Below the pieces are notes generated by a model. It saw nothing but the letters and a program-made list of their open reading frames with translations. It did no database searches and had not been told where the DNA came from. From an uncultured Sphingomonas sp. (GTDB taxonomy: Bacteria > Pseudomonadota > Alphaproteobacteria > Sphingomonadales > Sphingomonadaceae), in contig CAYSHL010000001.1 in assembly GCA_964430865.1 (NCBI GenBank), positions 3,946 to 67,945 of the forward strand: a stretch of DNA of 64,000 nt, read 5' to 3'. The first letter of the stretch is position 1. The number at the start of each line of letters is the position of its first letter. Of the stretch, positions 11,409 to 21,900 are shown piece after piece. The position numbers were made by a program, and so were the translations under genes.

Positions 11409-11420
11409 TCCGCCGCCAGC

Positions 11421-11735
11421 CTAAGCGGTAAGCCTCAGCCCGGCGATCGCGGCGACGATGGTCAGGATCAGCAGCGCCCGGATCAGGGTCGCGGGCTCGT
11501 CGAACCAGAGGATCCCGACGACGACGGTGCCGAGCGCTCCGATGCCGCCCCAGACCGCGTAAGCGGTGCCCATCGGGATGGTCCGCGCGGCGAGCTCGAG
11601 CAGCGCCATGCTGATCGCCACCGAGACCAGGAAGGCGATTGTCCAGGGCAGGCTCCTGAACCCGTCGACGAACCGCAAAGCGGTCGTGAAGCCGACCTCG
11701 AACAGGCCGCCGAGGACGAGATAGAACCAGGCCAT
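11421..11735 (-). CDS. SMR family efflux transporter (SugE/Gdx-like)
   Basis: MAWFYLVLGGLFEVG, IPMGTAYAVWGGIG; 104 aa; C-terminal part of ORF 11421..12674. Confidence 0.9.
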   Translation of the reverse strand: MAWFYLVLGGLFEVGFTTALRFVDGFRSLPWTIAFLVSVAISMALLELAARTIPMGTAYAVWGGIGALGTVVVGILWFDEPATLIRALLILTIVAAIAGLRLTA

Positions 11736-12640
11736 CAGGTCGCTGCCTCGAGACGCGGGCTGGCGTCGCCCGGCTTGCTGGCGGCGAGGATGCAGCCGGC
11801 AACGATCATCGCCGCCCCGGCCAGCGTGTAGGGCGACAGCGCTTCGCGGAACACCAGCCAGCCGAACAAGGCCGCCCACAGGAACGAGGTATATTCGGTT
11901 GCGGCGAGATAGTTCGCCTCGGCCCGCGCATAGGCCCAGGACAGCAGCATGTGCGACGCGATCGCCAGCGACGCGGCGAACACCAGCCACGGCCAGTGGA
12001 CCGCGGCGGGCAGCTCGATGCCGACCATCGGGATCAAGGCGCCGACCATGAGGGTGACCATGAGGCTCTGGAAAAAGGCGATCTCGACCGGGCCGGCGAC
12101 CTGCGCCTGCTGCCGCATCAGGATGATGTTGAGCGCGTAGCACACCGCAGAGGCGAGGATCGCGAGGCTGCCGATGGTCGCTTCGCGGCCGAGGTCGGCC
12201 TGGGCCTGGCCGACGAAGATCACCAGGACCCCGGCAAAGGCGATGAGCGAGGCGCCGACGGTGCGGCCGCCGACCGTTTCCTTCAACAGCACCGCGGCAA
12301 GATAGATGGCGATCAAAGGGGCGATGAACGCCAGCGCGATCGCCTGCGCGAGCGGCACCCGCGCCAGGCCCCAGAAGAACAGAAAGCCCATCACGGTGGA
12401 CAGCGCGCCGCGGCCGACGTGCAGCCGCATCGTCGCTTGCGAAGGCCAGGGAGACGGCTGGACGAGATAGAGCGCGCCCGCCATTCCGACCCCGACCAAA
12501 TTGCGCCAGAAGATGGTCGTGAAGGTGCCGATGGCGATCACCAGCCCTTTCATCACCGCGTCCATGCCCGAGAACATGGCGATGCCGAGAACCCCGACCA
12601 GGAAAGCGGTCAGCGGCGGATGCTGGCGCGCGGATGTCAT
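11735..12640 (-). CDS. DMT/EamA family transporter
   Basis: About 10 TM segments in two EamA repeats; start MTSARQHPP. Confidence 0.88.
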   Translation of the reverse strand: MTSARQHPPLTAFLVGVLGIAMFSGMDAVMKGLVIAIGTFTTIFWRNLVGVGMAGALYLVQPSPWPSQATMRLHVGRGALSTVMGFLFFWGLARVPLAQAIALAFIAPLIAIYLAAVLLKETVGGRTVGASLIAFAGVLVIFVGQAQADLGREATIGSLAILASAVCYALNIILMRQQAQVAGPVEIAFFQSLMVTLMVGALIPMVGIELPAAVHWPWLVFAASLAIASHMLLSWAYARAEANYLAATEYTSFLWAALFGWLVFREALSPYTLAGAAMIVAGCILAASKPGDASPRLEAAT

Positions 12641-13365
12641 TGCGGATCTGGGCGGGCGAACGCCGCGTAGCCAAGGTAGAAAGCCGTTCCGGTCAAACCC
12701 GCGAGCAAGCCGACAAGCAGCGAGTCGAAGATCATCAGCGCCCAGACGGCGGCCGGATCGGCGCCCATCGCCCAGCGATGGTTCATCTGGTGCAGCCAGG
12801 ACGCCGGAGCGAAGGCGGCTATCAGCAGCACGACGGTCAGCAGCAGCCACGGCCAGGCGCGGCGCCACATCGCCGACACGGGCGTGTCGCGGTCGCCGAA
12901 CAATCCGGCGAGCATCAGGAACGCCATCGGCATCAGGACGAGCGACGCGCCCCAGGTCAGATAATCGGCGAGCGCGGGCACGGTCTGCCTGGCGGCGAAC
13001 TTGACCAGTTCTGGACCGCCCACGAACACCAATGCGCCGACGAGTAATCGTCCCCAGGCAATCCCCCGCAGGTCGGCCCAGTGCCGCTTGCCGCCGCGAG
13101 TCCACCAGAATCGCGCCGAAGCGAGGATCGCCGCCAGCAGGCCGGCGATCTTGACGTAGCCGAACGCCATCCGGGTCGGGCTGGGCGCGACCGCCCTCGC
13201 CTGCTCGCGTCCCTCGAACATGCCAAGCTCGATCTCGGCGACATGCTGGGCGAACTCAGGGAGGACGACCAAAGCGAGCACCGCCGGCGCGACCCAGAAC
13301 AGGCTGACCCCGCGCGGGTAGAGTTCGGCGGCCGCCCGGCCGGCGCGCTTCCATGCCCGCGTCAC
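12637..13365 (-). CDS. Membrane hypothetical protein
   Basis: Multiple TM segments; 4-nt overlap with the downstream gene; AGGAG RBS. Confidence 0.75.
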   Translation of the reverse strand: MTRAWKRAGRAAAELYPRGVSLFWVAPAVLALVVLPEFAQHVAEIELGMFEGREQARAVAPSPTRMAFGYVKIAGLLAAILASARFWWTRGGKRHWADLRGIAWGRLLVGALVFVGGPELVKFAARQTVPALADYLTWGASLVLMPMAFLMLAGLFGDRDTPVSAMWRRAWPWLLLTVVLLIAAFAPASWLHQMNHRWAMGADPAAVWALMIFDSLLVGLLAGLTGTAFYLGYAAFARPDPQ

Positions 13366-13393
13366 GCCATGTCTCCTCGAGCGCGCCGCCGGG

Positions 13394-14524
13394 TCAGGCG
13401 GCGGCTTCCTCTGCGTGTCCGGGCCCCGCGGCCTCGATCTCCGCGGCCTTGGCTTCGACCAGGCGGACGATGTGGTCGATCATCTCGGCGTCCTGGATGT
13501 GGTGGTCGGTGACGCCCGACAGATAGACCATGTGGGTGCCGTTGCCGCCGCCGGTGATGCCGATGTCGGTCTCGCGCGCCTCGCCGGGTCCGTTGACGAC
13601 GCAGCCGAGCACCGACAGCGACATCGGGGTGCGGATATGTTGCAGCCGCTCCTCCAATGCCTCGACGGTGCGGATGACGTCGAAGCCCTGGCGGGCGCAG
13701 CTCGGGCAGGAAACGACGCGCACCCCGCGGTTGCGGATGCCAAGGCTCTTGAGCAGCTCGTAGCCGACCCGGACTTCCTCCTCGGGCTCGGCGGAGAGCG
13801 AGACTCGGATGGTGTCGCCGATCCCGGCCCACAGCAAGGCGCCCATGCCGATCGCCGATTTGACCGTACCGCCGATGAGGCCGCCGGCTTCGGTGATTCC
13901 GAGGTGGAACGGACAATCGACCTGTTCGGCGAGCTGCTGGTAGGCGGCGACCGCCAGGAACAGGTCCGACGCCTTCACCGCGACCTTATAGTCGCGAAAG
14001 CCGTGGTCCTCGAGAATCCGGATATGGTCCATCGCGCTTTCGACCAAGGCCTCGGGGCAGGGCTCGGCGTACTTCTCGAGCAGGTCTTTCTCGAGGCTGC
14101 CGGCGTTGACCCCGATGCGGATCGCGCAGCCGTTATAGCGGGCGGCGGCGATGACCTCGCGCACGCGCTCTTCCGAGCCGATGTTGCCGGGGTTGATGCG
14201 CAGGCAGGCGGCGCCGGCGTCCGCCGCCTCGAGCGCGCGCTTGTAGTGGAAGTGGATGTCGGCGACGATCGGCACCTTGGCCTCGCGGACGATGGTGCGC
14301 AGCGCCGCGGTGCTGGAGACGTCGGGGCACGACACCCGGATGATGTCGACGCCGGCCTCCTCGCAACGGCGGATCTGGTCGATGGTCGCCCTGGCGTCGC
14401 TGGTCGGAGTGTTGGTCATCGTCTGGACGGTGACCGGCGCGTCGCCACCGACGGCGACATTGCCGACCATGATCTGACGCGACTTGCGCCGCTCGATGGT
14501 GCGCCAGGGACGAAGGGAGGACAT
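13394..14524 (-). CDS. ispG: HMBPP synthase (MEP pathway)
   Basis: [36 protein letters not shown]. Confidence 0.97.
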   Translation of the reverse strand: MSSLRPWRTIERRKSRQIMVGNVAVGGDAPVTVQTMTNTPTSDARATIDQIRRCEEAGVDIIRVSCPDVSSTAALRTIVREAKVPIVADIHFHYKRALEAADAGAACLRINPGNIGSEERVREVIAAARYNGCAIRIGVNAGSLEKDLLEKYAEPCPEALVESAMDHIRILEDHGFRDYKVAVKASDLFLAVAAYQQLAEQVDCPFHLGITEAGGLIGGTVKSAIGMGALLWAGIGDTIRVSLSAEPEEEVRVGYELLKSLGIRNRGVRVVSCPSCARQGFDVIRTVEALEERLQHIRTPMSLSVLGCVVNGPGEARETDIGITGGGNGTHMVYLSGVTDHHIQDAEMIDHIVRLVEAKAAEIEAAGPGHAEEAAA

Positions 14525-14562
14525 AGCCGCCATATAGGCGCGCCCGCCCGCAGCCGCAAAGT

Positions 14563-14862
14563 TCAGCGGCGGTGGCGCTCTTTCCATCGTTTGAACTCGG
14601 CATAGTCGCGGCCGATCTCGTCGACATCGATGACCTGCGAGCGCCCTTTGGCCCAGCGCGTGAACAGCAGGATAAAGAGCAGGATCAGCGCGAAATGAGG
14701 CACCAGCAGCCACGGGCTGATCGCCATCAGCCACGGCATGGCGAAGGCCGGAGCTGTGATCGCGACGATGAAGACGGCTGTGGCGGCCCAGCCCTTGGCG
14801 TTGCGCGGCGTGATGTGCAGCCGGCCGCGGCCGCGGAAATAGCTGAACCAGGGATCATCCAT
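14563..14862 (-). CDS. Small membrane protein
   Basis: PWF..., TPRNAKGW followed by two TM helices; overlaps the Arc-like gene. Confidence 0.65.
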   Translation of the reverse strand: MDDPWFSYFRGRGRLHITPRNAKGWAATAVFIVAITAPAFAMPWLMAISPWLLVPHFALILLFILLFTRWAKGRSQVIDVDEIGRDYAEFKRWKERHRR

Positions 14863-15064
14863 CTTGCGAATCCTTCCTTGGCCGCCCGCGCTTGCGCGGC
14901 GCCGACGGCTTGAGCTTGACGCCGCGCGCCTTCAGCGCCTCGCGAAGCAGGCACTCGACCTGGCTGTTGACGCTTCGCAGGTCGGCCGCCGCGCAGCGCT
15001 CGACCGCGGCCCACAAAGCCGGATCGACCCTCAGCGGGTAGGCCTTGCGGTCGGCGCCGGCCAC
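14855..15064 (-). CDS. Arc-like ribbon-helix-helix DNA-binding protein
   Basis: RKAYPLRVDPALWAAVERCAAADLRSVNSQVECLL; lies downstream of the SPFH gene. Confidence 0.85.
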   Translation of the reverse strand: MAGADRKAYPLRVDPALWAAVERCAAADLRSVNSQVECLLREALKARGVKLKPSAPRKRGRPRKDSQDG

Positions 15065-15068
15065 GTGA

Positions 15069-15989
15069 CTAAGTGTACAGCGAGCCGGTGTTGACGATCG
15101 GCTGGGTGTCGCGCTCGCCGCACAGCACGACCATCAGGTTCGAGACCATCGCCGCGCGGCGCTCGTCGTCGAGCTCGACGACATTCTTCTCGCTGAGCAT
15201 GGCGAGCGCCATCTCGACCATCCCGACCGCGCCTTCGACCAGGGTCTTGCGCGCCGCGACCACCGCCTGCGCCTGCTGGCGGCGAAGCATCGCCCCCGCG
15301 ATCTCCTGCGCATAAGCGAGGTGGGTGAAGCCGCACTCGTCGACCGTGATGCCGGCGACCAGGAGGCGATCCTGAAGCTCCTTGCGAAGCTCGGCGCCGA
15401 CCTCGTCATGGTTGCCGCGCAGGGTGACCTCGAGATGCTCGAAATCGTCGTACGGGTAGCGCGAGCCAATGGTCCGGATGGCCGCTTCGACCTGGACCCG
15501 GACGAACGCGTGATAATCGTCGACGTCGAACAAGGCCTGGGCGCTGTCGACGACGCGCCAGACGATCTGCGCGGCCATCTCGATCGGGTTGCCGCGCAGA
15601 TCGTTGACCTTGATCCGCTCGGAAATGAAATTGTTGGCCCGGACCGAAACCTTCTTCTTGATCATCCACGGCCAGGTCCAGCGCAGGCCGGTGGTGCGGT
15701 CGGTGCCGCGATAATCGCCGAACAAAGTGATCGCGACCGCCTGGTTGGGCTGCAGCATGTAGAAGCCGCTGGCGACCAGGACCGCTAGCAAGGATCCGCC
15801 GAAGATTGCGAACAAAGTGAACAGGCCGAACTCGTCACGGACCAGCCGGGCCGCGCCCCACACCGCCAGCGCAATCGTCAGCAGCAACACGAGCAGCATC
15901 ACATAGCCGTTGGCCGCGTTCGCCGCGCGCTCTCGGCTCGACGTCAGCGCGATCACGTCGCCCTTTGCCCCTTTTATACTCTTTGCCAC
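15069..15989 (-). CDS. SPFH/Band 7 domain membrane protein
   Basis: [38 protein letters not shown]. Confidence 0.92.
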   Translation of the reverse strand: MAKSIKGAKGDVIALTSSRERAANAANGYVMLLVLLLTIALAVWGAARLVRDEFGLFTLFAIFGGSLLAVLVASGFYMLQPNQAVAITLFGDYRGTDRTTGLRWTWPWMIKKKVSVRANNFISERIKVNDLRGNPIEMAAQIVWRVVDSAQALFDVDDYHAFVRVQVEAAIRTIGSRYPYDDFEHLEVTLRGNHDEVGAELRKELQDRLLVAGITVDECGFTHLAYAQEIAGAMLRRQQAQAVVAARKTLVEGAVGMVEMALAMLSEKNVVELDDERRAAMVSNLMVVLCGERDTQPIVNTGSLYT

Positions 15990-16006
15990 ATCGTCCTCCC
16001 TTAATT

Positions 16007-16025
16007 TGATATCATAATAATATCA
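16007..16025. promoter_or_regulatory. Palindromic operator TGATAT-N7-ATATCA upstream of the SPFH-Arc operon
   Basis: Perfect 6-bp inverted repeat in an AT-rich intergenic region, 17 bp upstream of the SPFH start. Confidence 0.6.
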
Positions 16026-16095
16026 TTCGTAAACGGCCGTCAACTGGAATCGGATTGGCGGGCCCGCTAAGGCGGCGGCGGCCAGGGAGACCCCC

Positions 16096-17100
16096 ATGCG
16101 TTTGCTGATGATCCTCGGAGTGCTGCTGATGACGACCCCCGCTGCTCCAGCCCAGTCGCAAAAGCCCCAGCCGCAACGCGACTGGAAGCTCGTCATCCAC
16201 GGCGGGGCCGGGACCATCGAGCGCTCGAGGATGACCCCGGACAGGGACCAGGCGATCCGCGCCGCCCTCGACCGGGCGCTGGAGGAGGGATCGCGCATCC
16301 TGTCGTCGGGCGGGGAAGCGCTCGATGCGGTGGAAGCGACGGTCAAGCTGCTCGAGGACGACCCCAATTTCAACGCCGGGCGCGGCTCGGTTTTCACCTA
16401 TGATGGGACTCACGAGCTCGACGCGTCGATCATGGACGGGCGGACGCGCTCGGCCGGAGCGGTCGCCGCCGTCACCGCGACCAAAAACCCCATCGGGCTG
16501 GCGCGCGCGGTGATGGAAAAGAGCCCCCACGTATTCCTCGCCGGCGAGGGAGCCGACCGGTTCTCGAAGGAGCAGGGGCTCGAGCAGGTCCCCAACGACT
16601 ATTTCTCGACTCCCGACCGGCGGCGGCAGCTCGAGGAGTTCAAGTCCAGCAAAGTCAGCGCCATCGACATCGAGTATAAATATGGCACCGTCGGAGCGGT
16701 CGCGCTCGACGGGCGGGGCCATGTCGCGGCCGCGACCTCGACCGGCGGCACCACCGGCAAGCGCTGGGGCAGGGTCGGCGATTCGCCGATCATCGGCGCG
16801 GGCACTTACGCCGACGACCGCGGCTGCGCGGTGTCGGCGACCGGTACCGGCGAATATTTCATCCGGGTCGGCGCCGCCCACGAAATCTGCGCTCGGATCC
16901 GAATCAAGGGCGAGGCGGCGCAAGCGGCGGCCGACTCGGTTATCGAGGAGATCGGCGGGCTCGGCGGCACCGGCGGCGTCATCGTCGTGACGCCCAAGGG
17001 CGAACGGGTCTATTCTTTCAACACCGCCGGAATGTACCGCGGAATGGCCGACCGGACGGGCCGCAGCGTCGCGATCTATGGCGACGAGGGCAAACGGTAG
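16096..17100 (+). CDS. Isoaspartyl peptidase/L-asparaginase (Ntn hydrolase), exported
   Basis: IHGGAG, FNAGRG, GTVGAV, STGG, GRVGDSP. Confidence 0.93.
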   Translation: MRLLMILGVLLMTTPAAPAQSQKPQPQRDWKLVIHGGAGTIERSRMTPDRDQAIRAALDRALEEGSRILSSGGEALDAVEATVKLLEDDPNFNAGRGSVFTYDGTHELDASIMDGRTRSAGAVAAVTATKNPIGLARAVMEKSPHVFLAGEGADRFSKEQGLEQVPNDYFSTPDRRRQLEEFKSSKVSAIDIEYKYGTVGAVALDGRGHVAAATSTGGTTGKRWGRVGDSPIIGAGTYADDRGCAVSATGTGEYFIRVGAAHEICARIRIKGEAAQAAADSVIEEIGGLGGTGGVIVVTPKGERVYSFNTAGMYRGMADRTGRSVAIYGDEGKR

Positions 17101-18215
17101 GGCAAAGCGGCGCGCTCCCATTGAGCTTCGGCGGCGATCGCCCGCCGCTCCTCTTCGACAAAGGCCGCGACCGCCTGGCGAAAGCCCGGGTCAGCGATGA
17201 AATGGGCGGAGCGCGAGATCACCGGCTCGTAGCCGCGGGCCAGCTTGTGCTCGCCTTGCGCGCCGGCCTGGACCGAAGACAGGCCGTTCGCAATCGCCCA
17301 CTCGATCGCCTGGTAATAGCAAAGCTCGAAATGCAGGAACGGCACCTCGTCGATGGTCCCCCAGTAGCGGCCGTACAGCGTGTCGGGGCCGATGAAGTTG
17401 AGCGCCCCGGCGATCGGCCGGCCGCCACGATAAGCGAGCAGCAACAATAGCTTGTCGCCCATCGTCTCGCCGATCCGGTCGAAGAACGAGCGGGTCAGAT
17501 ACGGCCGGCCCCATTTGCGGCCGCCGGTGTCCTGGTAGAAGGCCCACATCGCGTCCCACTCGGCCGCGCCGATCGCGCTCCCCGTCAGCGCCGCGAACTC
17601 GATGCCGTCCCGGGCGGCGGCGCGCTCCTTGCGGATCGCCTTGCGCTTGCGACTGGTCAGGGCGCCAAGGAAATCGTCGAAGTCGCGGTAGCCGCGGTTC
17701 AGCCAATGGTATTGGATGCCGTGGCGGATCAGCCAGCCGCGCCGCTCGCACTCCGCCGCTCCGGCCTCGTCGATAAAGGTGACGTGCGCGGAGGACAGGT
17801 CGTTCTGGACCGTCACCGCCTCCGCCGCGGCGAGCAGTTGCTGCGGCCAGGCGCCGAGCAGCCGCGGACCGGGTACTGGAGTGAACGGCACGGCAATCTG
17901 CAGTTTGGGGTAGTAGCGGCCGCCGGCGCGCTCGAATGCGTCCGCCCAGCCGTGGTCGAAAACATATTCGCCCTGGCTGTGGCTCTTAAGGTAGGCCGGC
18001 GCTGAAGCAGACACTGCACCGGTTTCGTTGGCGATGGTGATCGGCGCCGGGGACCAGCCGGTGCCGGGGCCGACGCTGCCCGATTCCTCGAGCGCCGCGA
18101 GGAACGCGTGGCTGAGGAATGGATCGCCGCCGGCGAGGCGGTCCCAGGCGGCCGAGTCGAGGTGGCAGACGCCGGGCGCGAGGCGCGCGATCAGCTCGGT
18201 TTCACGGTCGGCCAT
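17076..18215 (-). CDS. FemAB-like GNAT family protein (DUF482)
   Basis: HSQGEYVFDHGWA, PFTPVPG, LYGRYWG, LHFELCYY, GAQGEHK. Confidence 0.92.
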   Translation of the reverse strand: MADRETELIARLAPGVCHLDSAAWDRLAGGDPFLSHAFLAALEESGSVGPGTGWSPAPITIANETGAVSASAPAYLKSHSQGEYVFDHGWADAFERAGGRYYPKLQIAVPFTPVPGPRLLGAWPQQLLAAAEAVTVQNDLSSAHVTFIDEAGAAECERRGWLIRHGIQYHWLNRGYRDFDDFLGALTSRKRKAIRKERAAARDGIEFAALTGSAIGAAEWDAMWAFYQDTGGRKWGRPYLTRSFFDRIGETMGDKLLLLLAYRGGRPIAGALNFIGPDTLYGRYWGTIDEVPFLHFELCYYQAIEWAIANGLSSVQAGAQGEHKLARGYEPVISRSAHFIADPGFRQAVAAFVEEERRAIAAEAQWERAALPYRLPSSP

Positions 18216-18912
18216 CGGCTTCCCAAATGAGCGCGTCGGCGTGAACCCGCGCTTGCTCGCGCTCGGCGGGGGTGCGGATCGTCCAGCTGTAAACCGGCAT
18301 CCGTTCGCGGGCGGCCGCGACCCAGCGGCGGCCGAGCGCGGCGCGGTCGACGGCGAGGAAATCGGGCGCGGCGAGCCACATCGCCACCGAGCGCTTCAGC
18401 GGCGAAGTGCGGCCGCGCACCACCAGCCCGCGCCGGACGGCGGGCAAATTGGTCTTGAGCAGGCGCGGCAGCCGGGCGTCGAAGCTCATTATTCCAAGCC
18501 GCCCCGAGTAGCCGGCGAGCGCGCCGCGAAGGGCCGGGACCCAGCGCCAGATGTCGCCGTCAACCTTGACCTCGAGCAGCAACGGGACCCGCCCGGCGAC
18601 CAGCGCGAACAGGCTCGCAAGCGTTGGGATCGGCGCGTCGCCGAGCCGCAGCCGGCCGAGCTCGGCGTGGGTCGAGCGGCCGATCCGCAGCGGGCTCGCG
18701 CACAGCCGCCACGCGTCGGCGTCGTGGAACACGAGGATCTGGTTGTCGGCGGTGAGCCGGAGGTCGCATTCGATCCCGGCACCCAATTCCAACGCGGCGG
18801 CGAAGGCGATCAGGCTGTTTTCGGGAAACTGGGCGCCATAGTGCAGGCCGCGGTGAGCGAAGCCCTTGGGTCCGGGATCGAGGGGATCAGCGACGGATCG
18901 CGACGACCGCAT
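18202..18912 (-). CDS. Glycerophosphodiester phosphodiesterase family
   Basis: FAHRGLH, PENS, IECD, VFHD, LLEVK, YSWTI; start codon uncertain. Confidence 0.88.
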   Translation of the reverse strand: MRSSRSVADPLDPGPKGFAHRGLHYGAQFPENSLIAFAAALELGAGIECDLRLTADNQILVFHDADAWRLCASPLRIGRSTHAELGRLRLGDAPIPTLASLFALVAGRVPLLLEVKVDGDIWRWVPALRGALAGYSGRLGIMSFDARLPRLLKTNLPAVRRGLVVRGRTSPLKRSVAMWLAAPDFLAVDRAALGRRWVAAARERMPVYSWTIRTPAEREQARVHADALIWEADGRP

Positions 18913-19348
18913 CGACTTCGACGGCGACGCCCATCGGCAGCGCCGGCGCTCCGACCGCCGCCCGCGCATGGCGGCCGGCCTCGCCGAACACGTCCTGCAT
19001 CAGCTCGCTGGCGCCGTTGCCGACCTTGGGCTGGTCCTTGAAGTCGGGGGTGCAGTTGACGAACACCCCGAGCTTGACGACCCGCTCGACCCGGTCGAGC
19101 GAGCCGAGCGCCGCCTTCAATTGCGCGAGGATCATTAGCCCGCACGCCCGCGCCGCTTTCTGGCCAAGCGCGATGTCGGCGTCGTCGCCGAGCCGGCCGA
19201 CGATCATCTGGCCGTTCTCGTCGAGGCACACCTGTCCGGAGACGAAGGCGAGCCCGTCGGCGATGACTACGGGCACGTAGGCGGCGACGGGCGCCGCGGG
19301 TTCGGGGAGGGTGATGCCGAGCTCGGCAAGGCGCTGATCGATGCTCAT
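18887..19348 (-). CDS. RidA/YjgF family protein
   Basis: PVAAYVP, VSGQ, GRHARAAVG..LP..VAVEVD. Confidence 0.92.
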   Translation of the reverse strand: MSIDQRLAELGITLPEPAAPVAAYVPVVIADGLAFVSGQVCLDENGQMIVGRLGDDADIALGQKAARACGLMILAQLKAALGSLDRVERVVKLGVFVNCTPDFKDQPKVGNGASELMQDVFGEAGRHARAAVGAPALPMGVAVEVDAVVAIRR

Positions 19349-19392
19349 GGTTGCGCTCAACACCGCTCGCCCGGTTGGGTCAAGCCCTGGAG

Positions 19393-19497
19393 CCCTCCCC
19401 CTTGATGGGGGAGGGTTGGGTGGGGGTGGCGGTGGAGCTGCTTGAGCTCTTCCGGAGACTCCACCCCACCCCTGCCCCTCCCCATCGAGGGGAGGGG
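19393..19497. repeat. Family A palindromic repeat (intergenic)
   Basis: ccctcccccttgatgggggaggg ... cccctccccatcgaggggagggg double hairpin. Confidence 0.9.
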
Positions 19498-19499
19498 TT

Positions 19500-20240
19500 C
19501 TAGCTCCGGCTCACCGTGAAGCCGGCGAAGCTCTGGCTGGTCGGCATCAGCTCGATCGCGTTGATGTTGAGGTGCGGCGGCAGATTGGCGATCCACCAGA
19601 TGGTCTCGGCGAGGTCGTCGGCGGTCATCGGGTTCATGTTCGCGTAGAGCTGGTCGGACGCCTGCTGGTCGCCGCCGGTCCGGACGATGGTGAACTCCGT
19701 CTCGGCCATCCCCGGTTCGATCGAGGTCACCCGGACCCCGGTCCCGGCGAGGTCGCATCTGAGGTCGAGCGAGAACTGGCGGACGAACGCCTTGCTGGCG
19801 CCGTACACCGCGCCGCCGCGATAGGGATAGGTCGCCGCGACCGACGACAAATTGATCACCGCGCCCTTCCGCTCGATCAGCCTGGGGAGCAGCGCTCGGG
19901 TCAAGGCGACGAGGCCGGTGATATTGGTCTGGATGACGTTGTCGAGGGGCTCCTGCTCGGCGTCCTGGAGCGGGTCCATCGGCGGCGCCAGCCCGGCGTT
20001 GTTGAGCAGCAGGTCGATGTCGCCCCACGGCGGCGAGAGCTGGGCGAGCTGCTCGGCCGAGGCGAGGTCGCGCACGTCGAGCTCGAGCGGCAGGCACGCG
20101 TCGCCGAGCTCTTCGGCAAGCGCCCGCAGCCGGTCGCCGCGGCGGCCGGTCGCGATCACCCGCCAGCCGCCGGCAGCGAACCGCCGAGCCGACGCCGCGC
20201 CGATGCCGGCGGTGGCGCCGGTGACCAGGATGGTCTTCAT
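19500..20240 (-). CDS. SDR oxidoreductase (YdfG-like)
   Basis: TGATAGIG, NNAG, YGASK, IEPGMAETEF. Confidence 0.92.
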   Translation of the reverse strand: MKTILVTGATAGIGAASARRFAAGGWRVIATGRRGDRLRALAEELGDACLPLELDVRDLASAEQLAQLSPPWGDIDLLLNNAGLAPPMDPLQDAEQEPLDNVIQTNITGLVALTRALLPRLIERKGAVINLSSVAATYPYRGGAVYGASKAFVRQFSLDLRCDLAGTGVRVTSIEPGMAETEFTIVRTGGDQQASDQLYANMNPMTADDLAETIWWIANLPPHLNINAIELMPTSQSFAGFTVSRS

Positions 20241-20851
20241 TGCTTCCCCTGGAGCTTGTCGAGAATCCACTCGCACGCGGCCGGCCAGTCGTCGATTCGC
20301 GCGTGCGCGTCCTCGGCTGGCGGAACCGCCGCCGCAAGCCGCGGCTCGGCGACCATATGCAGCCGCCAGACATCGGGCGCGTACGTGGCGACCGAGCCGT
20401 GATGGACGGCGAGGTCGTCGACGAACACCGCGCTCGCCGCGCCGCGGCGCTCGACAATGTCCCTGACCGGCCGGCCCTTGCCGCCCTGGTTGCAGACGAC
20501 CTCATGGCGGATGCCGTGGCCGGCGAGCTGCTCGACCCGCCACGGGTGCGCCTCATCGCCGAGGTTGGTGAGGACGACGATGTCGGCGACCTCGCCGATC
20601 CGGGTCAGCGCCTCGAGCGCTCCGGGGACCAGCGTCTGGCGGTGCATGTGGTTGCGAAAGAAGCCGTCGAGCAGCGGCCACATCGCGTCGGCGGGCACGG
20701 TCTCGCCGGTGCGGCGGTCGGTCATCGCGTCGAACCGGCCGCTCTCGACGTCGAAATGGACGCCGTGCTCCTCGTCGAGCCAGTCGGCGAAATGCGCGAC
20801 CATGTGCAGCAACACCTCGTCGCAATCGGTGATCAGCAGCGGGCGAGTCAT
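20237..20851 (-). CDS. HAD-like hydrolase
   Basis: ITDCDEVL, VLTN, FVDD motifs. Confidence 0.85.
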   Translation of the reverse strand: MTRPLLITDCDEVLLHMVAHFADWLDEEHGVHFDVESGRFDAMTDRRTGETVPADAMWPLLDGFFRNHMHRQTLVPGALEALTRIGEVADIVVLTNLGDEAHPWRVEQLAGHGIRHEVVCNQGGKGRPVRDIVERRGAASAVFVDDLAVHHGSVATYAPDVWRLHMVAEPRLAAAVPPAEDAHARIDDWPAACEWILDKLQGKQ

Positions 20852-21114
20852 TGCTCGAGCTCGCGGCGCGCGGCGACCAGGGCCGCGGGCTTGACACCGA
20901 GCTCCCCGGCGATCGCCAGCAGGTCCGGCTCATGCGCTTCGAGGAAGCGGAGCAAGGCGACCAGCACATCGGGATCGGAGGCTCTTTGTCTCAATTCGGG
21001 AGGTTCGATTCCGCTCAAGGATAGAAAGCGCTCGGCAAGCCGTTGTTCAGCCAGAGTGGCGGCCAATGCGCGCAGCGCAATTGCTGTCGGGTCATTTGTC
21101 GCCGCGGCGCTCAT
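20848..21114 (-). CDS. DUF3572 family protein
   Basis: ALRALA, ERFLSLSG..P..LR; divergent from a response regulator. Confidence 0.8.
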   Translation of the reverse strand: MSAAATNDPTAIALRALAATLAEQRLAERFLSLSGIEPPELRQRASDPDVLVALLRFLEAHEPDLLAIAGELGVKPAALVAARRELEQ

Positions 21115-21147
21115 GGCTTACCATATAAGGGGGCTTGGGGAGGAAAT

Positions 21148-21573
21148 TTGGCCAAGATCCTGATCGTCGAGGACAACGCCCTCAACATCAAGCTGTTCTG
21201 CGACCTGCTTGCGGCCCACGGCCACGAGCCGCAGGCGGTGACCGACAGCCGGCTGGCGCTGGATTCGGCGCGGACCTTCGATCCCGATCTGGTGATCACC
21301 GACATCCAGCTGCCGCACGTCAGCGGCCTCGAGCTGATCCGGATGCTGAGGGCCGACGCCCAGCTCGGCCAGGTGCCGATCATGGCGGTGACCGCTTATT
21401 CGGCGCAGGGCGACGAGGAGCGGATTCGCGCCGCCGGAGCGCAATCCTATGTCTCGAAGCCAATCTCGGTGGTGAAGTTCGTCGCCGCGGTGCAGGAATT
21501 GCTGCCGCCGGAGCCCGGGAACGACAACGGCCACACGCCCGGTGAAAGCGCGGGCGAGCAAAGCTCTATTTGA
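21148..21573 (+). CDS. Single-domain response regulator (DivK-like)
   Basis: [45 protein letters not shown] start. Confidence 0.88.
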   Translation: MAKILIVEDNALNIKLFCDLLAAHGHEPQAVTDSRLALDSARTFDPDLVITDIQLPHVSGLELIRMLRADAQLGQVPIMAVTAYSAQGDEERIRAAGAQSYVSKPISVVKFVAAVQELLPPEPGNDNGHTPGESAGEQSSI

Positions 21574-21733
21574 TTTTGGCTTCTTTAAACTCGACGTGCT
21601 TGCGCGCGACGGGGTCGTACTTCTTGAAGACCATCTTCTCGGTCTGGTTGCGCGGGTTCTTCCTGGTCACGTAGAAAAAGCCCGTATCAGCCGAGCTGAC
21701 GAGCTTGATCTTGACGGTTGCCGGCTTGGCCAT
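21566..21733 (-). CDS. rpmG: 50S ribosomal protein L33
   Basis: Translated by hand: [55 protein letters not shown] (55 aa, below the ORF-track cutoff). Confidence 0.97.
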   Translation of the reverse strand: MAKPATVKIKLVSSADTGFFYVTRKNPRNQTEKMVFKKYDPVARKHVEFKEAKIK

Positions 21734-21840
21734 CGCGAATTCCCACTAGCTTGAAACAATAAAAGCGGCCCGCGCGCGGTGCCGCTCGATCGGCGCGCTC
21801 ATTGGCCGCAGCCTGCGTTTTTGTCAACCGTCGGGCGACT

Positions 21841-21856
21841 GTAACAGGGTGTTAAC
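21841..21856 (+). promoter_or_regulatory. CtrA-like box GTAA-N7-TTAAC
   Basis: One mismatch to TTAA-N7-TTAAC; extra TTAAC half-site at 21877. Confidence 0.45.
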
Positions 21857-21900
21857 ATTGCTGTGTCAGCCTCCTGTTAACGACAAGGAAGGCTAGGCCG

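Noticed and set aside
11735..11800. Guanidine riboswitch ahead of the SugE/Gdx-like gene
   Set aside because: There is no intergenic space, since the start overlaps the EamA stop, and no riboswitch hairpins were recognised.
11421..12674. 417-aa ORF ending in an SMR domain (apparent fusion)
   Set aside because: The upstream part is an alternative frame of the EamA gene. The SMR gene starts at ATG 11735.
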